Below are positions 34,671 to 46,055 of a stretch of DNA of 64,000 nt, piece after piece; position 1 is the first letter of the stretch, and every line of letters begins with the position of its first letter. The DNA is from Marsupella aquatica (Eukaryota > Plantae > Marchantiophyta), in assembly GCA_973895155.1 (NCBI GenBank), contig OZ316894.1, positions 21,237,867-21,301,866 of the forward strand, in the 5' to 3' direction. A model generated the notes under the pieces. It saw only the letters and a list, made by a program, of their open reading frames with translations. It did no database searches and had not been told where the DNA came from. The translations under genes were made by a program, and so were the position numbers.

Positions 34671-37319
34671 ATGATAAGGAATGCACTTTTGGTGGAGAGC
34701 TGGTCAACTCTAGCATGGGTGAAGGCAAGGCTCAAATTCATTACTCAAGGCAGATTGCAATCTCGTGCTCCTTATGGCACCAGCCTTATCGTAAAAGGTG
34801 GCGGTGGCAGTAGGCACGTACACAGTGCTGGTACCACGGGTGAAGTAATTGCTAGTTTGAAGAATCGTATAAAACGAGGTATTACTGTCGACTCGTACAT
34901 GTATGTTGATATTCTGAGACGGTGTTCAAAGCAGAAAGACCTTTTAGCGGCCAAGCAGGTGCATGACTGCATTATCGAGAGTGGAATGGAAAAGGATCCA
35001 CATGTGGCGAACACCCTCCTGAATGTCTACATCAGATGCGGGGAATTGTTGCATGCACGTCGAGTTTTTGATGAACTTGAGAAGAAAAGTGTTGTTACTT
35101 GGAATATGATGATTGCAGGATATGCTAAGAGTGATCACGCTGAATCCTCACTGGAAATTTTCAAATTGATGCGCAAAGAAGGTAGACCGCCTATTGACGT
35201 CACATATATGTGCATCCTGAAGGCATGTGCTAGTCCATTAGCTCTAAAATGGGGAAAAGAAGTTCATGTGTGTATTCGACATGCCGGTCTTGAATCAGAT
35301 GTGCGTGTAGGGACTGCCCTCCTTCAGATGTATGCAAATTGTGGGTGCATCACGGAGGCAAGGCGAGTTTTTGACAACCTGACTCATCGAAATTTCATCA
35401 CCTGGAGTGTGATGATTGATGCCTATGCCGCAAGTGGCAATATAGATGATGCCCGACTATTGTTTGATAGAATGAAAAGACGAGATCTAATTACCTGGAA
35501 CATAATGATTGGAGCGTACGCAGCAAGTGGTCTTGGTTTGGAAGCATATCGACTATTTCTCGACATGAGGAGGGAAGGCTTCGAGCCCAATGCAATCACT
35601 TATGCGAACATTCTGAATGCATCTGCAAGTGCAGGGGCTTTGGCGTGGGTGAAGGCGGTTCATGGCCATGCTAGCAAAGCAGGACTGGAGTCGGATTTGC
35701 GTGTGGGCAATGCTCTTGTTCACATGTATGCGAAAAGTGGTAGCATTGATGATGCCCGATTGATTTTTGATAAATTGAAGACCCCCAACGTAATCACGTT
35801 TAATACCATGATTGGCGCGTATGCAGAACGTGGTTGCGGTGAGGAAGCATATCGACTGTTTCGCCAAATGAGACGGGAAGGGTTAGAACCAAATGCAATC
35901 ACTTATCTGTGCATTTTGAATTCATCTGCAAGTGCCGGGGCTTTGGTTTGGTTGAAGGAGGTCCATGGCCATGCTAGCAAAGCCGGACTGGAGTCGGAAT
36001 TGCGTGTGGCCAATGCACTGGTTCACATGTACGCAAAGAGTGGCAATACAGATGACGCCCGAGTAGTTTTTGACAGACAGGAGAAACGCGATGTAGTCAC
36101 ATGGAACATAATGATTGACGCGTATGCAGAACGGGGTTGCGCTGAGGAAGCATATCGACTATTTTGCCAAATGAGACGGGAAGGTTTTGAACCAGACGCA
36201 ATCACGTATGTGAACATCCTGCATGCATCTGCAAGTCCGGGGGCGTTGGAGTGGGTGAAGGAGGTTCATGGCCATGCTAGCAAAGCGGGATTGGAGTCGG
36301 ATTTGCGTGTTGGCAATGCACTAATTCACATGTATGCAAAGAGTGGCAGTGTGGATGACGCCCGACTAGTTTTTGACAAAATGGAGAAACGCGATGTATT
36401 CACATGGACCATAATGATCGGTGGACTTGCACAACATGGATGTGGGCATGAAGCCCTAGGACTCTTTAGAAAAATGAAGGCGGACTGTGTGAAGCCCAAC
36501 GGGACTTCATTTAAGGCAGTGTTGTCAGCCTGTTGTCATGCAGGCCTTCTTGACGAGGGCCGTGGACTCTTTTTAGCTATGACTCAAGATTATGGCGTTG
36601 ACCCTGACATTGTGCATTATAACTGCATGGTAGATCTTCTTGGGCGGGCTGGGCACTTGGAGGAAGCAAAGCTCTTCATCAGTGACATGCCAGTTGAACC
36701 AGATGGAGTAACTTGGAAAGCCCTGCTTGGGGCTTGTAGAACTTACGGTAATGTGGAGTTGGGCGAACTTGCCGCTAAAGAGCTTTTCAAGTTGGAACCC
36801 AACAATTCCTCTGCATATGTGCTTCTCTCCAACATCTATGCTGCAGCTGGCAAGTGGGAGAAGGCGTCATTGGTGCGCACTATGATGCACGGGAGAGGTG
36901 TTCGGAAGGAGGCAGGGCGTAGCTGGATTGAAGCGGATAACAAGATTCATGAATTCGTTGTAGGGGATACATCTCATCCAGAAGCGAGGGCAATATACAC
37001 GGAGCTGAATAAATTGACTGAAAAATTGAAGGCGGAAGGTTACATCCCCGATACCCAGCTTGTGTTGCAGAATATCGATGAGAAGAATAAAAAACTAGCT
37101 CTTTGCTCTCATAGTGAGAAATTGGCTATTGCGTACGGACTTATGCGCATTCCTCAGGGAAAAGCAATTCGTGTATACAAGAACCTTCGGGTGTGTTCAG
37201 ATTGCCATACAGCAACCAAGTTTATCTCTCAGGTGACCGGACGTGAGATTATAGCCAGGGATGCGATTCGCTTCCACCATTTTAAAGATGGCGTGTGTTC
37301 TTGTGGTGATTACTGGTGA
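34671..37319 (+). CDS. PLS-class PPR protein with E1/E2 and DYW cytidine deaminase domain (organellar C-to-U editing factor)
   Basis: About 18 P/L/S repeats, then AGRSWIE (PG box), HSEKLA, KNLRVCSDCH and terminal CSCGDYW. Intronless. The start is placed at ATG 34671 after a likely acceptor (cctacag at 34637). The ORF is open from ATG 34584. Confidence 0.95.
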   Translation: MIRNALLVESWSTLAWVKARLKFITQGRLQSRAPYGTSLIVKGGGGSRHVHSAGTTGEVIASLKNRIKRGITVDSYMYVDILRRCSKQKDLLAAKQVHDCIIESGMEKDPHVANTLLNVYIRCGELLHARRVFDELEKKSVVTWNMMIAGYAKSDHAESSLEIFKLMRKEGRPPIDVTYMCILKACASPLALKWGKEVHVCIRHAGLESDVRVGTALLQMYANCGCITEARRVFDNLTHRNFITWSVMIDAYAASGNIDDARLLFDRMKRRDLITWNIMIGAYAASGLGLEAYRLFLDMRREGFEPNAITYANILNASASAGALAWVKAVHGHASKAGLESDLRVGNALVHMYAKSGSIDDARLIFDKLKTPNVITFNTMIGAYAERGCGEEAYRLFRQMRREGLEPNAITYLCILNSSASAGALVWLKEVHGHASKAGLESELRVANALVHMYAKSGNTDDARVVFDRQEKRDVVTWNIMIDAYAERGCAEEAYRLFCQMRREGFEPDAITYVNILHASASPGALEWVKEVHGHASKAGLESDLRVGNALIHMYAKSGSVDDARLVFDKMEKRDVFTWTIMIGGLAQHGCGHEALGLFRKMKADCVKPNGTSFKAVLSACCHAGLLDEGRGLFLAMTQDYGVDPDIVHYNCMVDLLGRAGHLEEAKLFISDMPVEPDGVTWKALLGACRTYGNVELGELAAKELFKLEPNNSSAYVLLSNIYAAAGKWEKASLVRTMMHGRGVRKEAGRSWIEADNKIHEFVVGDTSHPEARAIYTELNKLTEKLKAEGYIPDTQLVLQNIDEKNKKLALCSHSEKLAIAYGLMRIPQGKAIRVYKNLRVCSDCHTATKFISQVTGREIIARDAIRFHHFKDGVCSCGDYW

Positions 37320-37533
37320 TCAGATTGAAAGCTGTGTTGCGCTGGCTGGAAAGTGACTCCAAAGCAGTACTCACGGGCAGCCCAGATACAATCAGTTTTT
37401 GGTTGTTCGCTTGATCAAGAAGGGCAGGCATTCGTAAAGCATTGTTTTCGAGAGGTTGTTTTAATATGAACTATCGACGGTGTCAATTCTGTAGCAGGAA
37501 CTTTGAGATTCTGCAATTTGGCGTTGTAATTAG

Positions 37534-39333
37534 GCAGAGGATCTTATCACAGGTTATGTGAATTTGAGGCGCAAAGGAAACTTCCCTGGTAGCAGCAAGA
37601 AGGTATCATTCTTCGTTTTTCTTAGAAACCTCTCTGGATGTCTGGATCCAACTCTTGCTCCGTTCGGCGCTTATGGGCGTGAGATGGCCTGGTGTCTGTC
37701 TGCTCTGAGTTGGCATTCAGCGACCTTATTTAAATTACTTGTTGGTTTACTTTCCGTTCGCATAACGTATGTTCAATCCCTATGTCCTGCTTTGGAGGTT
37801 CGTAAACTAAACTTTCTGTGCGCTGATTACAACTCCGTTCAGAATGTACAATATTAAATAGTTCCATCGGTTTTATCACACGTAGAAGTCAGTTGTCTCT
37901 CAACATGTTAACTTGGACGCCTATCGAATTTGGGCCGAGAATACCTCATGAAATTTCTCCTCCATGTTACACAGGTTATCACAGCTACACCTCGACAACT
38001 TGAGAGCATCATACGAATAAGCGAGGCTCTTGCACGAATGCATGCGATTCTCTGAAACGGTCTGTGTAGACGAATCCCTGTTGACATCTTTGTATTGCTC
38101 ACTCTGAATTGTGGACATATGGATCTTTTAGGAAGAGGTTCCGAGGAATTGTTAATTCCAAATTCGTGTGAGAAACCCTTTTCCTGGCTCGAACACTACT
38201 GAAAACAATTTAACCCTCAAATTCATTTCATCATGTAGAACTAATTAAATTGATCCATAATTTGTTTAAGATACCTTCATCATAGCCGGTTAATGTTTGG
38301 CGATGAATGCTGTCTGTTTTCTAGAAGGGAGGTATCCATTCGCGTCCAGGGATTCAGTTGCGAAGGATCAAATTCATTTACTTCCATCGTTGATACCTTG
38401 AATAGGTAGAGCGTCAGGATGCTGCAGAAGTCATGGACGTCGCCCTTCAGCAATCTGCCACTGATCACGCAACACGTTCCTCTCCTATCTATGTGCTCCT
38501 TCCTGGAGGATAGTCCAAAGCATGCAATTTAGCGAAAGCTCTTATCCACATTAAGGGACTAACGCAAATCCAACCTGCGGTTCTTGTTGGCATTTTCAGG
38601 AACCATTGACATGGACCTTATAACAACTGGAGTATCTGCAAGTGAGAGAACTAGGAGATCTAACTTTGCGGCCGCTGCGAGGAGCATGATATCAGAGAAA
38701 GTACAGGCTGGTCAAGCTGTGAAAGTCACCCAAGTAAGCACCTACCCCTCCCCGCAAGCTCTGTCATGGGGTGAAGATTCTTATATATCTGTGCTTAGCG
38801 TACGAACGAGGCTCCTGTTCAATTGAAATGAAAAGGCTGCCAAGACATGTGATCTTGAAAGCCCAGAAAAGACTTGGTCATGTTTCATGGGGAGGGCTTT
38901 CTGGCTGACAACATGCCTGCAATGTAACAGCTGCTGCAAGAGATGAGGAAGGACTCAACAGCCGAAGTCACCCGACGTAAGATCATCCTCCTCAAATTTG
39001 AAAGGAACACAGACTGTTATCTCTGGCTATAGCTTCATCTCTGGATATGGCAATTCTCTTGTTGTCTTTAGGAGTCTGTTGTCGTAGATACATCCTAAGA
39101 ACTTCCTCCCGCAGCACCAGGGACTGCTTGATTCAAAGAGTTAGGTCTCTTGGAAGTCCTACACCCAGGATTGCTTCCAATGATGGTAACGAAATGACAG
39201 GAGAATTTTTCATTTTCTCTGGTAAACAAGAATCTTCCCTTGGACTGGACATGTGCAGCTGAACACTGCATTAGGATCACTTGCAACTGAAGGTTTCATC
39301 ATCTTCCAAGGAGACACCGTGAGGAGCAGTTGA
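37534..39333 (+). pseudogene. MCM4: 3' fragment of MCM4 with introns retained. Exons 37534-37602, 37975-38059, 38406-38475, 38600-38733, 38931-38976, 39259-39333
   Basis: Spliced peptides GYVNLRRKGNFPGSSKK|VITATPRQLESIIRISEALARM..RFSET|VERQDAAE..MDVALQQSATDHAT|GTIDMDLITTGVSASER...|LLQEMRK..|LNTALGSLATEGFIIFQGDTVRSS* match the plant MCM4 C-terminus. A 4-bp duplication (atgcatgc at ~38038) and a phase mismatch after 38976 break the frame. The first segment begins mid-exon. Confidence 0.88.
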
Positions 39334-40928
39334 GGAACAGGATGTGACAAAAAACAGGATCCAAGTTAGGGACACGTTGACGACCGCTTACTGGAGTGGT
39401 GCCTCTGCCAGCAAGAAAAGTTTATGTGAAGATGCTTCTGCGTTGCGGCCATGTGGCAGGCCCAGATGTTGACTTCATAAGAAAGAAGACAGACCCCTAC
39501 CTCCCTTTCTTACCTGAGCTCTTGTTCAAAGACGTGAAATGATGTTTAGCTTGGCATACGACATTGAACATGGAGGAAGGTGCATGAACAAGCCTGGTAG
39601 CAATAAGGTACTCCCATCATTACTCAACTGATGCAGGCTTACGATGATGATCTCCGCGGCTTGGACCATTGGCTGTGGCGGAGGTCTCACCAATTAGTTC
39701 AATCGGAGCCAGAAGGAAATGCCCTCCATAATTTGAAGGTCGTTTGAGAGTGGGGAGGGACAACAGAATCCTTACTGGGCAATTTCAGTTTGGATGCTAC
39801 AACACATTTCGTGGTTGCCAGCACGGTAGAAGAGAAATCCTCTATGGTCTCCATGTTGTGGATATATCCGCGTATTATATACTGCAGAAATTGCCAGGCG
39901 TAGTAATTATGCAGGGACAAACAGCCGGTCACGTCGAAAGGGGTCACTCGAATCGATTTTGGTACTACAATAATGAGTTGAGAAAGTAAATGTACAATTG
40001 GTTTCTGCCTCTGGACGTGATCCTGAGTTCTGTGATCTGTGTCAATTGAATGCTCCCCGGCTGTGTGTAATTGCGTTATGCTCATCGAGATTCTAATATT
40101 CTTACTATTCTCTCGTCCCAGCGCACTTGAGTACTCAAATCATCAAACTGATACTCATTCTGTTCGACTCTCTTGGTCAGTGAATAGTGGTTTGGTTGTA
40201 GTGATATTTCCCTCGGCGAGGTCACAGGAGTAGTCCTAGAAATTTCATGACCATTTGCAGAGATTGAATCCAGACTAAATTGACCATATTCTCAACATCT
40301 CAGTGATATATCAAACCCAGAGCTTGATCTGAACGAGTGCTGGCCCTACACAGGTGGTGGTACGTAATGCCCACCTTGGTCGAAAGTCATAAGAACCTTG
40401 TATCCATTGAGGATTGCCAAAGTTTCAACTTTAGACCCCTCCAAAGCAATTTCACGAAAGCTAGCCATGGATTTATGCATCCTCGTTATTTGACCTGATA
40501 TCCAATCGGCGAGAATATTTTGGAAGATCTCTTCCTGCACATTCGTAGAACATGAATTGGAATCCTTGCCTATCTTATGAAATCGACTTCCATTACGAAT
40601 TACATCTTGTTTCCTACAAAAGCCATTAGGCTGGTTGGATACGTCTCGACATGAGGAACACTTTGCCCTCAAGACTAACTAGTAATCAAGGCAACGGTCG
40701 CAACAGATAGGTACATTAGTTGTGTATGTTCAAATGTAAATAATCTGTTAACGTCTCTAAATTTACAATAAGGATGCGCTCTACAGCACAACCAATTTCT
40801 ACCGTTGTTTCCGTCAATTTTGCTTGAGTGACATTGCAAAAGAATGCCAGAGCTGGATTGATACATAGTACTCCCTTCTATTGTTTATCCCGTAATTCTC
40901 TTGCTGCAATCTTGTCAATCCAGTTAAA

Positions 40929-41064
40929 TTTGCCCCCAGTTCTCTGCATCTGTTGGGCACCCATAGAATATCTTCTTGCATTTGATCCTTTTTACATTTG
41001 CCCCCAGTTCTCTGCATCTGTTGGGCACCCATAGAATATATTTTTGCATTTGATCCTTTTTACA
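40929..41064. repeat. Tandem duplication, 2 x ~68 bp
   Basis: tttgcccccagttctctgcatctgttgggcacccatagaatat...gatcctttttaca occurs twice. Confidence 0.9.
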
Positions 41065-41561
41065 TGGTTGGTACACCAGACGAAATATTGATCGAGTTCT
41101 GATTCGGGACGAGAATGGGAACGGTTTGCAACAATGGTTGGTCAATGAATCTCTTGTGTAAGGTAGCAGCGAAGGCACAGTAGTCACTTGGTTCTCTAAG
41201 CAGTGAGTAATGGCGTTTTGGTCCATCCACAACATGAAAGCAATCCAAATGTGAGATCTGCACTCGTTGTAGACTTCAGCAGATCAATTTTTCTAGCCTT
41301 AGCAGTCGACGAAAAGAATCCCAATGCGAAAGCAATGGATCAAATGCTTCGCTCACAACGCGACCCCGCCGATCAAAAAACCAATGAGGCCAAATTAGAG
41401 AATTCGTTTTCGGTGACAGGCCCAGTAGCGTTCTCGTTTCGGCCCAATTACGAGTCTCATGTTCAGTTCTCGATGGGAAATCAATAATCCCATTCATTGC
41501 TGTCAATCTCTTCTCCCCATGACATCAGTGATCGGCACCGGCTATCTTTGAAATCAAAAGG

Positions 41562-41774
41562 TCACACCAAATCGGGTCCGATGATGTCCGAGGACTCCCG
41601 CATTGCAGAGCCTAAACCCAACCCTGCTCCGAAAGCAACCGCCGACCATCTCGTCGTGCGGGTGCGGAAGAGAGTGAACGCAGCAACGGTGGAGCACACG
41701 AACCTTCGCAGAGTCAAATCTATGGCAGAATCCCATTTCTCGTCCACATCACCAAACTCCTTCTGCCTCTTTGC

Positions 41775-41777
<3 letters not shown>
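41562..41777 (-). pseudogene. MIC10: MICOS subunit MIC10-like intronless copy with no start codon
   Basis: KWDSAIDLTLRRFV...LFRTRTTRWSAVAFGAGLGLGSA matches plant MIC10. TM1 appears shortened. The upstream frame runs into a (GA)n(TA)n microsatellite without an ATG. Confidence 0.75.

Positions 41778-41828
<51 letters not shown>
41777..41828. repeat. Compound microsatellite (CT)n(AT)n
   Basis: Directly visible in the sequence. Confidence 0.95.
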
Positions 41829-41832
41829 GGCC

Positions 41833-42210
41833 CCAGGTGTAATGACAATATGGACGCTCATTGAACCACAACTATCCATATATATATGGGTGGAATTGTC
41901 AAACATTTATCCTTTTTCCACATTACACTCATTTATTTCCTTTATCCAGGTGGAAGGACAATATGGAGGCTCATTGAACCACAACTACCCATATCTAATA
42001 AGGGGGGAATTGTCCAGCATTTTTCCTTTTTCCACATTCCACTCATTTATTTCCTTTGTCCAGGTGGAAGGACAATATGGAGGCTCATTGAACCACAACT
42101 ACCCATATATAATAAGGGGGGAATTTTCCAACATTTCTCCTTTTTTCGACATTCCACTCATTTCTTTCCTCTACCCAGGTGGAATGACAATAGGGAGGCT
42201 CATTGAACAG
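41833..42210. repeat. Tandem repeat, about 3.3 copies of ~114 bp
   Basis: ccaggtggaaggacaatatggaggctcattgaaccacaac units at 41833, 41946, 42060 and 42175. Confidence 0.92.
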
Positions 42211-43911
42211 CTTCCAGGCTATCCTTGCCCGCTGCCTGCAGTTACTGCCAGATCTGTGCACAATTTTATCAAGATAAATACAAAGAATGAGATCTTTGTT
42301 TTTGTCCAGCTGACTGAGGGTGTTGTGGTAGACAGTTTGCATCGGGAGGTGGTGGTGCAAAGTTTGAAACCCCCTCGAGGCGCAATGGTTTAACACAAAC
42401 CCCACCCAAAGCTCTTCACACTCTTACACAAACCCCACCCAAAAGTGGGGTTCAAACAAAGCTCTTCACAATAATTTATGGGTTACTCTCACTGGCAGAA
42501 AGGGGCAAAGACAGTCCAATGCCATCTACGACTTTCCAGGGACTCACCTTGTTGAGTATTAATTTTCTTCGACGTACAATCCTCCCTAAAGATAGACTCC
42601 AGACCAAGAATCTTTTGAAATGAAGCTAAATAAATGCAAATACAATTAATGAAGGAGCAAACGTTTGTGAGTGTTTGGACCACCTGTGGAGGTGTCAAAA
42701 TTCTAGAAGAAATAAGCATTTGAATTCAACGATTACTTGAGTACACTGCTTGTCATGTAAGAATGGTAGATGCCATACCTAAACGGTCCACCAGTTCTTG
42801 TAATGCCAACTGCAGCCCTTTCAGTTCATTATACAATCCAGATTTGATCTTAGAATGAATAGAATGAAGCAATGGGCCCTGCCCCAGCTCTTATAAAGAC
42901 AACTGCAGTCCTTTATACTCATTGTGCAGTCCAAATTTAATCTTATGTGAATAAAAAGAAGCACTGGGCCTGCCCCAATTCTAATAAAGCCAACTCAAGC
43001 CCTTTCTATTTTATTAGAACCCAGATTTAATCTTAAATGGAATAAAAACAAGCCCTTTCTATTTTATTAGAGCCCAGATTTAATCTTAAATGGAATAGAA
43101 ACAAGCAACGGTCCCCAACTCTTCTAAAGCCACATTGTGGAACCCTAGAGATTGTAATAAATGAGTTTATAAGTATTGTAAAGCCACCTTAGAAACGTAA
43201 CCCAAGGGGTTGTCATAAATGAGGTTGTCATAAATAAGCTTACAAGTCTTGTAAAGCCACCTTAAGACTGTAATCCACCTCCAGAGAGCAACCCAAGGGG
43301 TTGTAAATAAGTTTACAAGTCTTGTAAAGCTACAGTGTAACTATAGGGATTGTAATCAATAAGTTTACAGGTCTTGTAAAGCCACCTTAAGAGTGTAACC
43401 CACCTTCGGAGTGTAACCCCAACTGAAGGGATTGTAATCAATAAGTTTACAGGTCTTGTAAAGCCACCTTAAGAGTGTAACCCACCTTCAGAGTGCAACC
43501 CCAACTGAAGGGATTGTAATAAATGATTTTACAGGTCTTGTACAGCCACCTTAAGAGTGTAACCCATTGTCAGAGTGTAACTCGAGGGGTTGTAATAAAT
43601 GGGGTTTACAAGTCTTGCCAAGCCACCTCAACAGTGTAACCCAAGGGGCTGTTATATACAAGTCTTGTAAAGCCGCCTTGAGACTGTAACCCACCTCCCT
43701 GGCCCACCTCCAGAGTGTGGCCCAAGGGGTTTTAATAAATGAGTTTACAAGTTTTGTAAAGCCACCTTAGTTAGGACTGTAAGACATGAGTTTACAAGTC
43801 TTGGAAAGCCACCTCCTTAAGAGTGTAACCCAAGGGAAGGTCATAAATGACTTTGTAAATCTTTGTAAGCCACCTCAACAGTGTAGCCCACCTTAAGAGT
43901 GTAGCCCAAGG

Positions 43912-44205
43912 TGTTAGGAATTGACTCAAGTTCCCAACTTTAGTTAGTTTAGCCGTACTAGGGTTAGTTGACTCTTGGTTAGTTTAGGAAAATATCTACT
44001 TCTTTAGGCCAACACATCTTAGTTCCCCTTGGGGGTATAGGTTGGAGGGAGAACATTATCTTCCTCTTTCTTCACATGTACTTTCTCATGAGCAATGGAT
44101 TCCTCAAGAGTTTCTCCATCGTGGTGTCTTGTTAGTGTGTAGTAGGAGATTGAGTGCTCTCACGTTCTGCATTGTTGTCTAGCCTGGAGCCGACGGTTCC
44201 TTATA
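43912..44205. mobile_element. Solo LTR (294 bp) inserted in the satellite
   Basis: Termini TGTTAGGAA...TTCCTTATA (the CA end has probably decayed to TA). 5-bp TSD CAAGG at 43907-43911 and 44206-44210. Confidence 0.75.
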
Positions 44206-44967
44206 CAAGGGGTTTCAATAAATAAGGTGCAAGTCTTGTAAAGCCACCTTAAGAGTGTGACTCAACTTAAGATTGTAACCCGAAGGGATTGAAATAAATG
44301 AGTTTAAAGGTCTTGTACAACCACCTTAAGAGTGCAACCCACCTTCAGTTGAGAGTGTAACCCAAGGGGTTGCAATAAATAAGTTTACAGGTCTTGTAGA
44401 GCCACCTTAAGAGTGTAACCCCCAAGGGATTGTAATAAATGAGTTTACAAGTCTTGTAAAGCCACCTTAAGAGTGTAACCCCAATGGTTTGTAATAAATA
44501 ATTTTACAGATCTTGTAAAGCCAGCAGTGTAACCCCAAGGGATTGAAATAAATAAGTTTATAGGTCTTGTTAAGCCACCTTCAGAGTGTAGCCCACCTTC
44601 AAAGTGTAACTGCAAGGGATTGTAATGAATGAGTTTATGGGTCTTGTAAAGCCACCTCAAGAGTGTAACCAAAGGGGTTATAATACATAAGTTTAGCCAC
44701 CATAAGAGTGTAACCCAATGGGTTGTAATAATTAAGTGTAGCCATCCTAAAAGTGTAACCCAATGTGGGTTGTATTATTGAATAAGTTCACAACTCTTCT
44801 AAAGCCACCTTTAAGAGTGTAAGCCAAGGGGTTGTAATAAATGAATAAGTGTAGCCACCTTAAAAGTGTAACCCAAGGGGGGTTATATTATTGAATAAGT
44901 TTACAAGTATTATAAACCCACCCTTTAGAGTGTAACCCCTGGTTCTAATGAATATTAAGTGTATCCA

Positions 44968-45086
44968 GTTTTTTTTGTCTCTCCCGCCCTCCCTTCGATG
45001 ATAGTCCCCCTCCCGGGGCCCTTGTCGGCTCCTATCGTAGACTTGTACAGCTCATAGAATCCTGGGCGGGTGTGAGACCATGGTTT
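44968..45086 (-). mobile_element. Short GC-rich insertion with an A-tail (SINE or LINE 3'-end-like)
   Basis: Flanked by TATCCA direct repeats at 44962-44967 and 45087-45092. T8 run at the left end, which is an A-tail on the minus strand. Confidence 0.55.
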
Positions 45087-46018
45087 TATCCAAACCACCT
45101 TAAACATGTAAACTCAAGGGGTCATATTATTGAATATGTTTACAACTCTTCTAAAGCCACCTTTAAAAGTGTAAACCAAGGGGGATTGTATTATTGAATA
45201 AGTTTACAACTCTTCTAAAGCCACTTTTAAGAGTGTAACCCACTTGGTTGTAATGAATAAGTGTAGCCACCTTAAAAGTGTAACCCAAGGGGGATTGTAT
45301 TATTGAATAAGTTTATATTAAGTCTTCTAAACCCACCCTTTAGAGTGTAACACATGGGTTCTAATGATTAAGTGTAACCACCTTAAAAGTGTAACCCAAG
45401 GGTCGTATCATTGAATATGTTTACAAATCTTCTAAAGCCACTTTTAAGAGTGTAACCCAAGGGGTTGTAAGCAATAAGTGTAGCCACCTTAAACGTGTAA
45501 CCCAAGCGGGGTTGTAAACTCTTCTAAAGCCACCTTCAAGAGTGTAACCCAAGGGGTTGTAATGAATAACTGTAGCCACCTTAAAAGTGTAACCCAAGGG
45601 GTTGTAACAAATTGTAGCCACCTTAAAAGTGTAACCCAAGGGGGTTGTATTATGGTATAACCTTACAACTGTTCTAAAGCCACCTTTAAAGGGTATAACC
45701 CACCTTTCTACGGGTGTAACTCACCTTACTACGGGTGTAACCTCGTGGACGTGTATTACTACACAACAGCGCCGTGTACAGCGCACGAGGGCAGCCGCGA
45801 CGAAAGTTGCCTTTTACTAGTTTGCTTCGTGCGCAGAGAAGAGAAGAGAACAGCAGAGGTCTACCATCGCTGGAAACTTCGTCGCCATCCAAAAGGAAGC
45901 GCGCTGGAAACGAACTCAAAAAGCTGCGTCATAGCTTCGCCTCGGATTCAGCATAGCGTGGCCGAGAAACCCATCACCCCACTTTATCCGAAACCGCCGC
46001 GACGACAATCTGCTCTGC

Positions 46019-46055
<37 letters not shown>

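Larger units (their letters stand above)
42810..45745. repeat. Satellite-like array of ~55-80 bp units built on a ~19-bp core (ccaccttaagagtgtaacc)
   Basis: Dozens of aagccaccttaagagtgtaacccaaggggttgtaataaat-like units from ~43130. A different ~60/120-bp repeat (ccagatttaatcttaaatggaata) occupies 42810-43130. Two insertions interrupt the array. Confidence 0.92.

Noticed and set aside
41497-42393. 298-aa plus-strand ORF
   Set aside because: It is made of antisense MIC10, a microsatellite and 114-bp tandem repeats.
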